Shown: positions 1-10,515 of the stretch, one piece after another
How positions within the stretch are numbered: position 1 is the stretch's first letter
How the letters are laid out: each line of letters opens with the position of its first letter
From: Leptolyngbyaceae cyanobacterium
Lineage (GTDB): Bacteria; Cyanobacteriota; Cyanobacteriia; Phormidesmidales; Phormidesmidaceae
DNA: 64,000 nucleotides
Assembly: GCA_965263355.1 (NCBI GenBank)
Contig: CBDHHL010000032.1
Coordinates: 64,001 to 128,000, forward strand
Direction: 5' to 3'
Notes under the pieces: model-generated
Told to the model about the DNA's origin: nothing
The model's input: only the letters and a program-made list of their open reading frames with translations
Databases searched by the model: none
Position numbers and translations under genes: made by a program

Positions 1-176
1 TCAGCTGCCATTCCCAAGCCATCCCGCAGGGTTTTACCCCCACCAAACACACATTCGTCGCCATAGACGGTGGTATCCCGTTCGACCTCCACTATCAGAG
101 AGGTGTCTCCCAGGCGGATGCGATCGCCCACCGTCGGACCAAATAGCTCGGCGTACCGTTCACGACTAATTTCCAT
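1..176 (-). CDS. ureC: Urease subunit alpha, N-terminal part (runs off the window)
   Basis: My translation from the ATG at 176 gives [55 protein letters not shown], with the UreC GPTxGD and FGGGKxxRDG motifs. It lies 11 nt downstream of ureB. Confidence 0.93.
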   Translation of the reverse strand, partial: MEISRERYAELFGPTVGDRIRLGDTSLIVEVERDTTVYGDECVFGGGKTLRDGLGMAA

Positions 177-187
177 AGGTAGTGCCC

Positions 188-574
188 TTACTTGCTTTCA
201 AATCCAGCAGTATGTAATCGGTCTAATGCTTCTTGTTTACAGGTGGCGTCATCTAGTGCTCCATCCACCAGGCTGTTGAGCCCCCGCACCTGGCGAGTGC
301 CCCCTAAGGCCACCAGCGTCACCGATTTGGTATCGCCTGGTTCAAACCGCACCGCCGTACCTGCAGGGATATCTAAACGAAAGCCAAAGGTCTCTGCTCG
401 ATCAAACTGAAGCGCTCGATTTACTTCAAAAAAGTGGTAGTGAGACCCCACCTGGATTGGTCGATCACCTCCATTGGCTACGGTAATAGTCTTGGTTTCC
501 CGATCGGCATTCAGCGACAGCATCCCTTCAGCACACATAATTCCACCGGGCGGTAAAGCAACATGATTAGACAT
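188..574 (-). CDS. ureB: Urease subunit beta
   Basis: Motifs [17 protein letters not shown] and [15 protein letters not shown]. The likely ATG at 574 overlaps the ureA stop (ATGTCTAA); the ORF track starts at 598. Confidence 0.95.
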   Translation of the reverse strand: MSNHVALPPGGIMCAEGMLSLNADRETKTITVANGGDRPIQVGSHYHFFEVNRALQFDRAETFGFRLDIPAGTAVRFEPGDTKSVTLVALGGTRQVRGLNSLVDGALDDATCKQEALDRLHTAGFESK

Positions 575-914
575 TGGCAGTTTCCCCTTGGATGGCATCT
601 GTCTGAACCATTGGACGAATGGGATTATGGATACTGACTAATTTAGTCCCATCGAGAAAATGGGCTTCCACCTGAATCAACGGAATCAATTCTGCCACAT
701 TGGGCAAAACATCCTCAGTGGTCAACAACATCGCCCCTTCTGACATCAGTTCTGCCACCGATTTATCCTCACGTGCCCCTTCAATAATGTAGTCAGTAAT
801 ATAGGCAATCGCCTCCGGCACATTTAGCTTGATGCCACGCTCTTTGCGCCTTCGAGCAATTTCTGCAGCGGTAAATATGGTGAGTCGTTCAAACTCTTTT
901 GGAGTGAGATACAT
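567..914 (-). CDS. ureA: Urease subunit gamma
   Basis: MYLTPKE...KLNVPEA...EGARE...[23 protein letters not shown]-like RBS context not assessed; first gene of the ureABC run. Confidence 0.95.
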   Translation of the reverse strand: MYLTPKEFERLTIFTAAEIARRRKERGIKLNVPEAIAYITDYIIEGAREDKSVAELMSEGAMLLTTEDVLPNVAELIPLIQVEAHFLDGTKLVSIHNPIRPMVQTDAIQGETANV

Positions 915-1324
915 GGAGTGCCCCTTATATGGGAGTGCTCGTCAGTTAAAGACATGGATAATGCCACTTGTTATAGTTAAAGCTCTTGCCCCATATCATT
1001 GTGATTATTGTTACTGTTTTTCCAACGAAGACCAGTAAAACACGAAAATTTTGACATAAATACGCTTTTGGGAATAGCAGTATTGAGATCATCAGAATAA
1101 GGAGTGAAATTATACGAGTATCATCACTTTCTTCATGATTTTTTGGGTTCTGCCTTATGTGAAAAATACTAATTGCATAATTGCACTCAGTGTATGCACT
1201 AACGCAATAATAGAAGTATTAATACAGGTAATCTGTTAAGCTGCGTAAATCTGTAATAAATGTAACCGTTTAGCCTGGAAATATTAATAACCTTGTTTTA
1301 TAAGAATTACATGGCTTCATTAGA

Positions 1325-1416
1325 TGGATATCCACTCAAGCAGAGAAATTCTGGTTAATTAGGAATCTAAAATCCAGGAGCCAGAATGGAGAAGGGATAG
1401 GTGACTAGTCTCCTGA
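1325..1416. repeat. ~90-bp dispersed repeat (MITE-like), inverted copy of 60909..61000
   Basis: tggatatccactcaagcagagaaattctggttaattaggaatctaaaatccaggagccagaatggagaagggata aligns with the reverse complement of 60909..61000 with few mismatches. Confidence 0.85.
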
Positions 1417-1549
1417 AAGATTACTAGATCGCAGCTTCTAAAATCTCTTGCCGCTTAGCCGCCTTATCTACAATCTTAGGCATCAGGTATAGGGATAGAG
1501 TCCGCTTTATACTTTACACCCTAACCTGAAAATTTATCAATTTACCACC

Positions 1550-1765
1550 GTGGGAATGTTAGAAATAGGGGTTGATCACCGTCAGCCCAAGACTCTCATG
1601 GTAGCCTATGCTAGGGGTCTGAAAATGCCATTTAACCTGTTAGATCCAGGTTGGGACTTTAAGGCAGTTTTAGACCAACCTATTGATAAACTGCGTCAAC
1701 AATATCAACTGCTCCCTCAACCCCAAATATCGCTAACTGAGTACGCACAAGATTTAGATTCCTAA
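1550..1765 (+). pseudogene. Probable C-terminal fragment of a Coq4-like protein
   Basis: The pattern AYARG...WDF...LDQPIDKLRQQY resembles the C-terminus of Coq4-like proteins. The ORF is only 71 aa and no N-terminal part is visible. Confidence 0.3.
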
Positions 1766-2175
1766 AACAGTTTTTTAGACAACAGACTTCGTATGCCACC
1801 TTCTTTTACAGCCGCCTTGATTTGTTGACGTTTGACATGGTCAGGCTTATGTTTGGCCAACTTCTGTTGAATCTTTATAGCCAGTTGATTGGTTGGATCC
1901 AATGCTAACGTCCGCTTAGCATGGATGCCTGCCATTGTATTCTGTTTTGTTTGGAAATATAAGACAGACAACGTACTATGGCACAGGGGACTCTCGGGAT
2001 GAAATTTAATGGCCTGTCGCAATTCAAAAATTGCACTTGAATAGTCTTGATTTTTAGCAAACTTTTGTGCTCGTATTAGATAGCTCTCAATTGTCATAGA
2101 ACAATTAGCAAAGGACGTTTTTTGCCCTCGAGCAGAGGCTTTAACTTGAGACACTTGACTCGTCATACCATTCAC
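1762..2175 (-). CDS. Small tetratricopeptide-repeat protein
   Basis: TPR-like helices YSSAIFELRQAIKFHPESPLCHSTL and AKRTLALDPTN; basic tail. Confidence 0.75.
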   Translation of the reverse strand: MNGMTSQVSQVKASARGQKTSFANCSMTIESYLIRAQKFAKNQDYSSAIFELRQAIKFHPESPLCHSTLSVLYFQTKQNTMAGIHAKRTLALDPTNQLAIKIQQKLAKHKPDHVKRQQIKAAVKEGGIRSLLSKKLF

Positions 2176-2835
2176 CTTAAAAACAACTTGATCAGCCTGA
2201 TGCTGTTAGTTTGGCTCTATACGAGAATTACACGCAGGAATTTAAGAGCCTTTTTCTGGCTTGTTTGTTAACGCTATCCTAGATAAAATTACCCAAATAA
2301 AAACTCCGTTTTTACACTGAACTGCTTGATAAGAAACTGTGAACCTATTCTCAACATAGGTACTTATATCAGCAACAAACCCATATCGTTTTGACGCAAC
2401 TTTATCAATGGTTAAGATATTTGCAATCGCTGTCCAGGGCACCCTGGGTAATTACAGAGCGTCCCCTAGGAACCATTCTTAGTCTTTTGACTGGGGCTTT
2501 GCCATCAGTTTCAACAATGCTGCGATGGGCTAGAATAACGGGATCACAATCCCACGTCAAGACTTTATAGGTAGAGTTTGCTATGGGTTATTGATCGCGT
2601 TATTCTATCTTTTCTGAGCGAGGTGGCTGAAGTTTGTTATAGCTTTCTAAAGCATGAGTAGTGAATTGAAGGGATAAACTTCTTATCGGTAGAACCATGG
2701 CTGGTCTGAATTAGACCACTTATGATGCTTTTCAAGTAGTTCTTTGAAGCCTTCTAACTTTTTGGGAATACTGAGATATGGGGGCATGAGCCTTGTCCAT
2801 TACTGGGAAGCATATCGATTGGAACCATAGATAAA

Positions 2836-3411
2836 ATGACCCACGATTTAGATTTAATTTCTACCTTTTTGGACAAGTCTTTAAGCAAAGAGCCCATAAT
2901 TATTACAAGCAATTACCTCAGAGCGCATACTATTTGCGATAACAATCAACTTTTTGTAAAAAACGAAGGGTTACTGGCATCTATCCATCTGACTCAAGAT
3001 CCTTGCTGCTTTTTAGTTAAACTGCGTTCTCCCTATTGGCAACTGGTTAATAACATTCTCTTAGAAAAGGGATTTATCCCCAACGAGAGTCAGGGAAACA
3101 TTGAATTCTATACCTATCAATATAGTGAGCTGCCAAAAGCTTACGAAATTAATTGTACCAGTCCCACTGAGCTGTGGCGTAAATGGTGGACCCAGAGCCG
3201 TCAGAAAAACGTATCCATCTGGAACCTTGACTTTTTAATTCGAACTCGTAGTAAATGGTATCCGGTGCGAAACATTGAGATTCTTAACCATTCCATCTTT
3301 ATTCAAACTTTGGGTAAACGAATTCGCCTAACTGAGAATGATGTAGCTGTGTGGCTGCAAAAGGCAAGGAATCAAATAAATCTCCAGCGTCATGTTTCTC
3401 CATTTTTGTAA
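2836..3411 (+). CDS. Hypothetical protein
   Basis: 191-aa ATG-started ORF with normal protein composition; no motif recognised. Confidence 0.7.
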   Translation: MTHDLDLISTFLDKSLSKEPIIITSNYLRAHTICDNNQLFVKNEGLLASIHLTQDPCCFLVKLRSPYWQLVNNILLEKGFIPNESQGNIEFYTYQYSELPKAYEINCTSPTELWRKWWTQSRQKNVSIWNLDFLIRTRSKWYPVRNIEILNHSIFIQTLGKRIRLTENDVAVWLQKARNQINLQRHVSPFL

Positions 3412-3586
3412 GACGGTGAGTTGGCTTCGGCAAGCTCAGTCGTCAGGGAATGGTTGATTAAGGCATGGGAGGAGTCCCACAATTAGGATGGTTAACATAA
3501 GTTAAGTGAAAAAATTGAGTAGTATTTGTATGTTACTCATTGGCGGCTGATATACTTGCCCTCAGGTTTTGATTTCAGCGTTTGCC

Positions 3587-4358
3587 ATGAATCCACTCCA
3601 GGATGCGTTTATTTCCTATGGTCGTGCCGACAGTAGACAATTCGCCCAGGAGCTTAGCAAACGCCTCAAAAGGTTAGGCTACACTGTCTGGTTTGATTGT
3701 AACGATATTCCCCTGGGGATAGATTACCAGAAGCAAATCGATGACGGTATTGAAAAAGCGGATGATTGTTTGTTTCTGATTTCGCCCCATTCGGTTAACT
3801 CGGCCTATTGCGGTTTGGAAGTTGAGCTGGCGCTAAAGCACAATAAGCGGATTATCCCGCTGCTGCATGTGGAGGAGATTAGCTACGAAACCTGGCAGCA
3901 GCGAAATCCGGATGGCACAAAGGACTAATGGGAGGCATATAAGGCAGCGGGTAAGCATTGCCATTTTGATAATATGCACCCGGAAATTCGCAAGATCAAC
4001 TGGGTGTATTTTCGCGATGGCCTTGACGACTATAGGGACTCGTTTGAAGGGCTGCTGGGGCTACTGGGTCGAGAAAAGGACTATGTGCATCAGCATACGG
4101 TGCTGCTAAACGATGCTCTGGAGTGGGAGCGTAACCAGAAGCAAACGCGCTATTTGCTGCCTCGGGAAGACCGACAGCAGGCGGAGGCATGGCTGGCCAC
4201 TCGGTTTAAGGAGAGTCAGCCGCCGGTAGTGCCTACGGATTTGCGCTATGAGTACATTACCGAGAGCATTAAAAACGGCGATAACCTGATGACCCGGGTG
4301 TTTTTATCCCATGGGTCGGAAGATGCTGAGGTAACAGAGCAGGTGCGGCGGACGTTGA
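3587..4358 (+). pseudogene. TIR-domain protein pseudogene (in-frame stop, truncated at the start of a second TIR)
   Basis: DAFISYGRAD...WFD...SPHSVNSAYCGLEVELA. A TAA at 3926-3928 separates two same-frame ORFs (3569 and 3974). A second TIR starts (RVFLSHGSED) and breaks off near 4358. Confidence 0.8.
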
Positions 4359-4886
4359 ACCTTTACTCAGAAAGATACTCATCGAATCACAAAAAAATAC
4401 ACGACCAAAATTGTTGCGCTAAATATTGTCTTAGTAACCGTTGCAACGATATCGTTATATCTTCACTATGGAGTATTTTTAGGACAATCTCGAACCCTGG
4501 AGTTTATAGAGTGTCAAAACTGCTTAAATAATCCAGGACTGGTTGAATTTTTCAGGATTATCATCCTATTGTCCGGTACATCTTACATGACAGATTTCCA
4601 TTGGCAAGATCAAGCTAATGAGCTGATACGGGGTAAATCCAAAAAAGCAAGATTTTTTAGGCTATTAATCTTAGCTATTTTTATCATTCTATTTGCGGCA
4701 TTGATCTGGCATATTTTTTTTAATGCACCACAGTACTTACAGGAAAAATGTCCCTCGATTGATCAACAGCTGACCGATCCATTTGAGAGATTTAAAGAAT
4801 ATCAATTCCCTTCATTAGTTTATGTGTCCTATGGATTTATCGTTTATTTCCTAATCGCACTCAAGTTCACTGATTCAAGAAACTGA
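4359..4886 (+). pseudogene. 5'-truncated AT-rich membrane protein gene
   Basis: The frame of ORF 4569..4886 is open back to 4359 with no start codon (...KIVALNIVLVTVATISLYLHYG...) and has several hydrophobic segments. Confidence 0.5.
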
Positions 4887-4887
4887 T

Positions 4888-5007
4888 GATAAAGCTAGAA
4901 AAGAAGAACGCCAGCAAATTGCTCAACGATTGAAAGGGCTGGGTCTTTCTGTACAAGATATTGTGCAGTCCACTGGTTTGAGTGAAGATGAAAGTCAAAA
5001 TCTTTGA
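4888..5007 (+). pseudogene. C-terminal tail resembling Rpn-family (PD-(D/E)XK) nuclease/putative transposase
   Basis: My translation DKARKEERQQIAQRLKGLGLSVQDIVQSTGLSEDESQNL* matches the typical Rpn C-terminal pattern IAxxLxxxGLSxxxIxxxTGLSxxE. Confidence 0.6.
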
Positions 5008-5083
5008 AAGCTCTATTCACCACAAAGGTTCAAGGCCATATGCTTACGCGTACTACCACTCACTATTTCCCTTTAAAAGAAAA

Positions 5084-5117
5084 ATGTCTGACCCCATAAA
5101 GCCCCCAGGGTCAGACA
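5084..5117 (-). terminator. Intrinsic terminator-like hairpin downstream of panC-cmk
   Basis: 10-bp inverted repeat tgtctgaccc...gggtcagaca, followed on the minus strand by a T-rich run (aaaagaaaaa on plus). Confidence 0.55.
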
Positions 5118-5365
5118 GCTCACCTGTAAAACGTGTCTAAACAAGTATTAACTGTCATCCAAATGCCCCCTCGGATGATAGTTGCCTTGTGCACGTTCTT
5201 CAGAATTAACTACATTTTCACCCGTACTTCTGGTAAAAAGCTTCCTCGTAAACACGTAAATCTGAACAGAAATAGTCCGAAAACCTGGGCCATTGTACGT
5301 ATATTTACCGCTAATTCCTTTCTATCCAGTGCCAGAAATATGACATTGATGACATCAGGGTTATC

Positions 5366-6919
5366 TTATTCTGCCGTCATCACAACGTTCTCTTTGTAAA
5401 GTATCATTAGCTTCTCTAATACGCTTTCAATGGTGAGAGAATCTGTAACAACTTCAATGGCATCGTCTGCCTGACGCAGGGGAGAAATCTCTCGGTTGCT
5501 GTCTTTATAATCCCGTTCGCTAATCGTTTGGACAAGTTCAGCTAGCTCGGGAACGGGCTGATTACGATTGGCTAAATCTTTCTGACGACGACGGGCACGC
5601 TCCTCTACCGATGCTGTCAAAAAAATCTTAAGCTCAGCATTGGGAAAGACCTGGGTGCCAATGTCGCGGCCATCGGCTACTACACCACCGGATACACCAT
5701 ATTGCATCTGCTGCTTTACAAGGGCCTGCCGTACGGTAGCCTGGGCTGCAATGGTGGATACTTGTGCCGTTACTTCCGAGGTGCGAATGGCCTGGGTGAC
5801 TGGGGTGTCGTTAACCCAAACTTCGGGAGGTTGAGGTTCGCCATCTGAATTGGGGACAGCGACCAGCTTAATGTCACATTTTGGTAACAAGTCAGCAACA
5901 GCGATGTCATCGGCTGGATCATAACCCTGGGAGAGGACATACCAGGTAAAGGCACGGTACATGGCTCCAGTGTCTAAGTAAAGTAGCCCTAACTGATGGG
6001 CTAGCTGCCTTGCCACAGTGGACTTTCCAGCTCCGGCAGGCCCGTCAATGGCAATGATCGGTCGCCTTGCCCGTAAAACAATGTTATCGATTAATCGGGT
6101 AGTTCCTACAAATGCTGCTACTGCCAACATACCAACTGTTTCCACTCTTTCTAAGGAGGACAATGTATAGGGATGTACCAGTTCTATATACTGGACATCA
6201 ATAGCAGGTTCCGGTTCTAAATACTGGGAGACGATGCGAGCGAGTGACTGTTGCGATCGCATGCCTACTTTAAATTCTTCCTCAGCTCTCTTTAACCCCC
6301 GATAGAGTATAACTGCTTGTTGACGTTCTTGCCCGCTTAAATACTTATTTCGAGAACTTAGGGCGAGTCCATCCGTTTCTCGAACAATCGGACAGCCAAT
6401 TACAGTTCCTGGCAGATTCAAGTCCTCAACCAATCGTCGAATAATCGCTAGCTGTTGGCCATCCTTTTGGCCAAAATAGGAGCGCTGGGGACGCACTAAA
6501 CTAATTAGCTTAGTGACTACCGTAGCTACCCCCTCGAAGTGTCCAGGTCTGAATTTTCCACACAAATGACTGGCTAAGGCCAGTGGTGGAACAACCTTAA
6601 CCAGGGTATTTGTATCCTTAAAATCAGGCCCATAGAGGGCTGAGGCGGTAGGGGCAAAAATGCAGTCCACACCAGCGTTGTCACACAATTGTGCATCTGA
6701 ATCTAGGGTGCGGGGATAGGCCTCTAAATCTTCATTAGGCCCAAATTGCAGCGGATTAACAAAAATACTGACGACAACCAAATCATTGTCACGACGAGCC
6801 CGACGAATTAAACTAAGATGCCCTTCATGCAATGCTCCCATGGTGGGAACCAGGCCAATAGAACCCGACTGCTTTTCTCGCCAACACCGTAGTCCTTCTA
6901 TCGTTTTTAGTAACCGCAA
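5366..6919 (-). CDS. panC/cmk: Bifunctional pantoate--beta-alanine ligase / (d)CMP kinase
   Basis: PanC motifs PTMGALHEGH, FVNPLQF, RPGHFEGV, GQKD, LSSRN, followed by Cmk motifs IAIDGPAGAGKST, DTGAMYR, DGRDIG. Confidence 0.97.
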   Translation of the reverse strand: MRLLKTIEGLRCWREKQSGSIGLVPTMGALHEGHLSLIRRARRDNDLVVVSIFVNPLQFGPNEDLEAYPRTLDSDAQLCDNAGVDCIFAPTASALYGPDFKDTNTLVKVVPPLALASHLCGKFRPGHFEGVATVVTKLISLVRPQRSYFGQKDGQQLAIIRRLVEDLNLPGTVIGCPIVRETDGLALSSRNKYLSGQERQQAVILYRGLKRAEEEFKVGMRSQQSLARIVSQYLEPEPAIDVQYIELVHPYTLSSLERVETVGMLAVAAFVGTTRLIDNIVLRARRPIIAIDGPAGAGKSTVARQLAHQLGLLYLDTGAMYRAFTWYVLSQGYDPADDIAVADLLPKCDIKLVAVPNSDGEPQPPEVWVNDTPVTQAIRTSEVTAQVSTIAAQATVRQALVKQQMQYGVSGGVVADGRDIGTQVFPNAELKIFLTASVEERARRRQKDLANRNQPVPELAELVQTISERDYKDSNREISPLRQADDAIEVVTDSLTIESVLEKLMILYKENVVMTAE

Positions 6920-6969
6920 AACAGACTTTGACCACCCTCGCTAAACACAAGGTTTAACGATAACAGACG

Positions 6970-6995
6970 GTAGGGGCATTGCATGCAATGCCCCT
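6970..6995. repeat. GTAG-type REP-like palindrome
   Basis: GT followed by the perfect 24-bp palindrome aggggcattgcatgcaatgcccct; related to 17103..17140. Confidence 0.75.
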
Positions 6996-7043
6996 GGATG
7001 TGTTAATACGTGGTGATTAATTAATAGGTAGGTCTACGGTACC

Positions 7044-7964
7044 CTAACGCAATATCTCAATTTGTACGGGACCCACCCCCGCTGACTGCAAACCAATAGC
7101 ATTGGCTGCTCCGGCGGACAGGTCAATAATACGTCCATGGCTGTAGGGACCCCGATCATTAATACGTACAACCACCTGACGACCATTGTTCAGATTGGTT
7201 ACCCGTACCTGGGTACCAAATGGCAGAGTGCGATGGGCAGCGGTCAGAGCATACTGGTTGAACGCTTCACCGCTAGCACTAGTGCGACCATGAAACCCTG
7301 GACCATACCAGGAGGCCATACCGCTGTAGCTAGAGCGGACAGCAGCCACTCGCTGGGGCGGTGGTGTGGGTCTGCCAATTACTTCAGTAACGGGCTCAGC
7401 TACGTCATTGCCCAGCAGACGCCGTAAACGGTTAGTAACCTGCAACACGTTTTCAGCAGCGTTGTCTGTCGCATCAGGCAGCTGTACCGTATCGCCCAGG
7501 GTAACTAATGTACGATCCCCTGACATTACCACATAGCTACCGTCATCCCAATGGGCGGTAAAGTCCATGTCATCAGTGCTCAATTGCTCCAATTGAGCGG
7601 CCATCTGAGTGGCATCAGCAATGGCTCCACCAGTGGCGGAAATTTCTGGGGTTAACCAACCAGAAACAACATCGCTGGTTTCCAATGCATCAACGTAGGT
7701 CAAGACAGGAATATTTTTGATGTAAACTGTTGCAGCCTGCCGGTTCTCATGGGCATGGGCATTAACTCGTACAGCAGCAGTCGACCTGAGATATTTCTGA
7801 AGCGTATGGGCCGACGATGATTCTAAAGACTGGTCAGTTACTGAAACTTGAACAGTTTCGTCGTAATCCGTATCAAACGATTGGGCAGAAACCCGCTCAG
7901 CTATGGGAACAAACGTAGCGAACAACGTTGCAGTTGCTACACGACCAAAAAAATTTCTGTTCAT
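7044..7964 (-). CDS. rlpA: Septal ring lytic transglycosylase RlpA family protein
   Basis: Signal peptide; C-terminal DPBB motifs [35 protein letters not shown]. Confidence 0.93.
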   Translation of the reverse strand: MNRNFFGRVATATLFATFVPIAERVSAQSFDTDYDETVQVSVTDQSLESSSAHTLQKYLRSTAAVRVNAHAHENRQAATVYIKNIPVLTYVDALETSDVVSGWLTPEISATGGAIADATQMAAQLEQLSTDDMDFTAHWDDGSYVVMSGDRTLVTLGDTVQLPDATDNAAENVLQVTNRLRRLLGNDVAEPVTEVIGRPTPPPQRVAAVRSSYSGMASWYGPGFHGRTSASGEAFNQYALTAAHRTLPFGTQVRVTNLNNGRQVVVRINDRGPYSHGRIIDLSAGAANAIGLQSAGVGPVQIEILR

Positions 7965-8502
7965 AAACTAGATTGCACCAGGCGTAAGCGTCTACATCGC
8001 AGAGCAAGAAGTGGCGAATTCAAAGCACTGAACAAGGCGACCTCAAGATGACAATGCATCGCGGATAAATTAAAAAAATGGCAACGCGAGCTAATCTATC
8101 ACGAAGGATTTGGGATTAAACTCCGCATTTTTGCCCGCAAAAACAGACAATGGGCCAGGGGAAAAACTTTATACTTTCTTCATCGATTAGTGCGATTCGT
8201 CGATGGGTAAGGTTTATAGACAGTTACCGAGCTGTCCTAGTAAGCTAATTAGTTTTTGAATAATTATGTATAGCTTTGCAAGTATTACAGATTATTAATA
8301 GATACTGAACCACTTTTTAGGGTGATTTAGCATCCAGCCTGTCACTGATGTCTAGTTTCCATGACCAATAATGTTCCTGTCAACGAACATTCGGTCAATA
8401 GCTATGTGGAAACCGATATTCGTTTACCAGCATTTGGGGTGGCAATGCCTACCAGCACCGCCCACCAGCCAACAGGTATTCTAGGGGATGCTATTTCTGG
8501 GG

Positions 8503-9579
8503 ATGTCTATGGATTATCGGCAAGCAGGAGTGGATGTTGAAGCCGGTCGCGCATTTGTGCAAACTATTCGCAGCTTGGTGGAAGGAACCTACAGGCCTGA
8601 AGTTTTAGGGGGTTTGGGTGGATTTGGCGGTTATTTTGAATTGCCTGCAGGGTATCGGCAGCCTGTTCTGGTGTCAGGCACAGATGGTGTAGGCACCAAA
8701 CTTAAGCTGGCCCACAGGCTGAATTGTCACGATACGGTAGGGATTGATCTGGTGGCCATGTGTGTCAATGATGTGTTGACCTCGGGGGCAGAACCGCTCT
8801 ACTTTTTGGATTATTTGGCTACCGGCCAGTTGCAACCTGAGCAGTTGGCCCAGGTGGTAGCAGGAGTGGCTGCAGGCTGTCGTCAGTCGGGCTGTGCGCT
8901 ATTGGGGGGTGAAACCGCTGAAATGCCTGGTTTTTATGGTCCAGGTGAGTATGACATGGCTGGGTTTTGTGTTGGCATTGTTGAGAAAAGTGCCATTCTG
9001 GATAGTTCCCAGGTGCGTACGGGGGATGTCTTAATTGGTTTGCCTAGCAGTGGTGTACATAGTAATGGTTACAGTCTGGTGCGCAAAATTATGGCAGAGG
9101 CCCCTCGGCAAGAGACGTTAGCGGGGCTGGGGCAAGTGGTTGAGCGCTCGGTGGGCTATGGCTGGGCGGAGTGCCCAGAATTGCTGGCGGGACAGTCCCT
9201 TGGGGAAGTTTTGCTGACACCGACTGAACTCTACGTACAATCTGTGCTAAGTGCTCTTAGACGTGGTTTAGAGATCCATGCCATGGCCCATATTACAGGG
9301 GGAGGTTTTTTTGAAAATTTGCCCCGTTGTTTGGGTGAAAATCAATCTATATATATAGAGGCTGATGGTTGGCCGATACTGCCAATTTTTAAGTGGCTAG
9401 AGGCTGCTGGCAATGTGCCTCGGGCTGAAATGTTTAAGACGTTTAATATGGGTATCGGTTTTGTGGTGGTCGTACCTGCTGATCAGGCTGAAGCCGCCCT
9501 TGCCCATTTTCAACCGGCTTATCAAATTGGTACTGTGATTGATGGCAATGGAGTGGTCACTGGGTTGCCGGAAGGTTAG
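8503..9579 (+). CDS. purM: Phosphoribosylformylglycinamidine cyclo-ligase (AIR synthase)
   Basis: [52 protein letters not shown]. The start could be 8488, 8503 or 8509. Confidence 0.97.
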   Translation: MSMDYRQAGVDVEAGRAFVQTIRSLVEGTYRPEVLGGLGGFGGYFELPAGYRQPVLVSGTDGVGTKLKLAHRLNCHDTVGIDLVAMCVNDVLTSGAEPLYFLDYLATGQLQPEQLAQVVAGVAAGCRQSGCALLGGETAEMPGFYGPGEYDMAGFCVGIVEKSAILDSSQVRTGDVLIGLPSSGVHSNGYSLVRKIMAEAPRQETLAGLGQVVERSVGYGWAECPELLAGQSLGEVLLTPTELYVQSVLSALRRGLEIHAMAHITGGGFFENLPRCLGENQSIYIEADGWPILPIFKWLEAAGNVPRAEMFKTFNMGIGFVVVVPADQAEAALAHFQPAYQIGTVIDGNGVVTGLPEG

Positions 9580-9611
9580 GATACGTTGGAAAACATTTGG
9601 AGGCATAAATT

Positions 9612-10442
9612 TTGAGCGCTCGGACGGGTAGCTGGCAGCCAGCTGCGATCGCACTTTTGGCCATCATTATCGGCCTGACTCTAACCAGCACCTTGGTTAT
9701 CATTAATCCTGGCCAAGCTGGTGTCTTAAGCATTCTGGGAAAAGCCCAGGATAATCCCCTATTAGAAGGTATTCACCTGAAGCCACCTTTAATTTCATTT
9801 GTGGATATCTATGATGTAACGGTGCAAAAATTTGAAGTGCCGGCTGAAAGTTCTACCAAGGACCTTCAGGATTTACGGGCTCGATTTGCCATCAACTTTC
9901 GGTTGGATCCTGCCAACATTGTGGATATTCGTCGTAAGCAGGGGACGCTAGCTAATATTGTCACCAAGATTATTGCCCCCCAGACCCAGGAATCTTTTAA
10001 GATTGCGGCTGCTCGCCGTACTGTAGAAGAAGCAATTACGCAACGAACTCAGCTGAAAGAAGATTTTGATAATGCCTTAAGCAGTCGCCTGGAAAATTAC
10101 GGCATTATTGTTCTCGACACGAGTGTTGTGGACCTCACATTTTCAAAAGAGTTTGCTAAAGCGGTGGAAGAGAAACAAATTGCTGAACAAAGTGCTCGCC
10201 GTGCGGTGTACGTTGCTCAACAGGCTGAACAAGAAGCCCAGGCAGAAGTTAATCGTGCCAAAGGCCGAGCTGAAGCCCAGCGTTTGTTAGCGGAAACGCT
10301 CAAGGCTCAAGGGGGGGAACTGGTGCTAGAGAAAGAAGCCATTGAGGCTTGGAGAGCGGGTGGCTCCCAGATGCCTAGGGTATTGGTTATGGGTGATAAG
10401 GGCGGTCAGGTGCCCTTTATTTTCAACCTGGAACAGGAATAA
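9612..10442 (+). CDS. Prohibitin / SPFH (band 7) family protein
   Basis: N-terminal TM; SSTKDLQ, FAKAVEEKQIAEQ and an AEA-rich coiled coil. Confidence 0.92.
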   Translation: MSARTGSWQPAAIALLAIIIGLTLTSTLVIINPGQAGVLSILGKAQDNPLLEGIHLKPPLISFVDIYDVTVQKFEVPAESSTKDLQDLRARFAINFRLDPANIVDIRRKQGTLANIVTKIIAPQTQESFKIAAARRTVEEAITQRTQLKEDFDNALSSRLENYGIIVLDTSVVDLTFSKEFAKAVEEKQIAEQSARRAVYVAQQAEQEAQAEVNRAKGRAEAQRLLAETLKAQGGELVLEKEAIEAWRAGGSQMPRVLVMGDKGGQVPFIFNLEQE

Positions 10443-10469
10443 ACAATCTCTCACCTGCGTTGATCGCAT

Positions 10470-10505
10470 CCGTGTAGGGACATTCCATGGAACGTCCCTA
10501 CACGG
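10470..10505. repeat. GTAG-type REP-like palindrome between convergent genes (may also act as a terminator)
   Basis: ccgtgtagggacattccatggaacgtccctacacgg, a 36-bp palindrome with one mismatch. Confidence 0.75.
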
Positions 10506-10515
10506 ATTGTTTTTT

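Noticed and set aside
1253..1266. Possible NtcA site upstream of ureA (GTA-N8-AAC)
   Set aside because: It is an imperfect match in AT-rich DNA, ~340 bp from the start, with no supporting promoter spacing.
5133..5399. 88-aa plus-strand ORF or a small ribosomal protein gene after panC-cmk
   Set aside because: It overlaps the panC-cmk end; my translation of the minus frames gave nothing recognisable either.
7965..8487. ncRNA or riboswitch between rlpA and purM
   Set aside because: No recognisable conserved RNA motif; it can be explained as divergent promoters.
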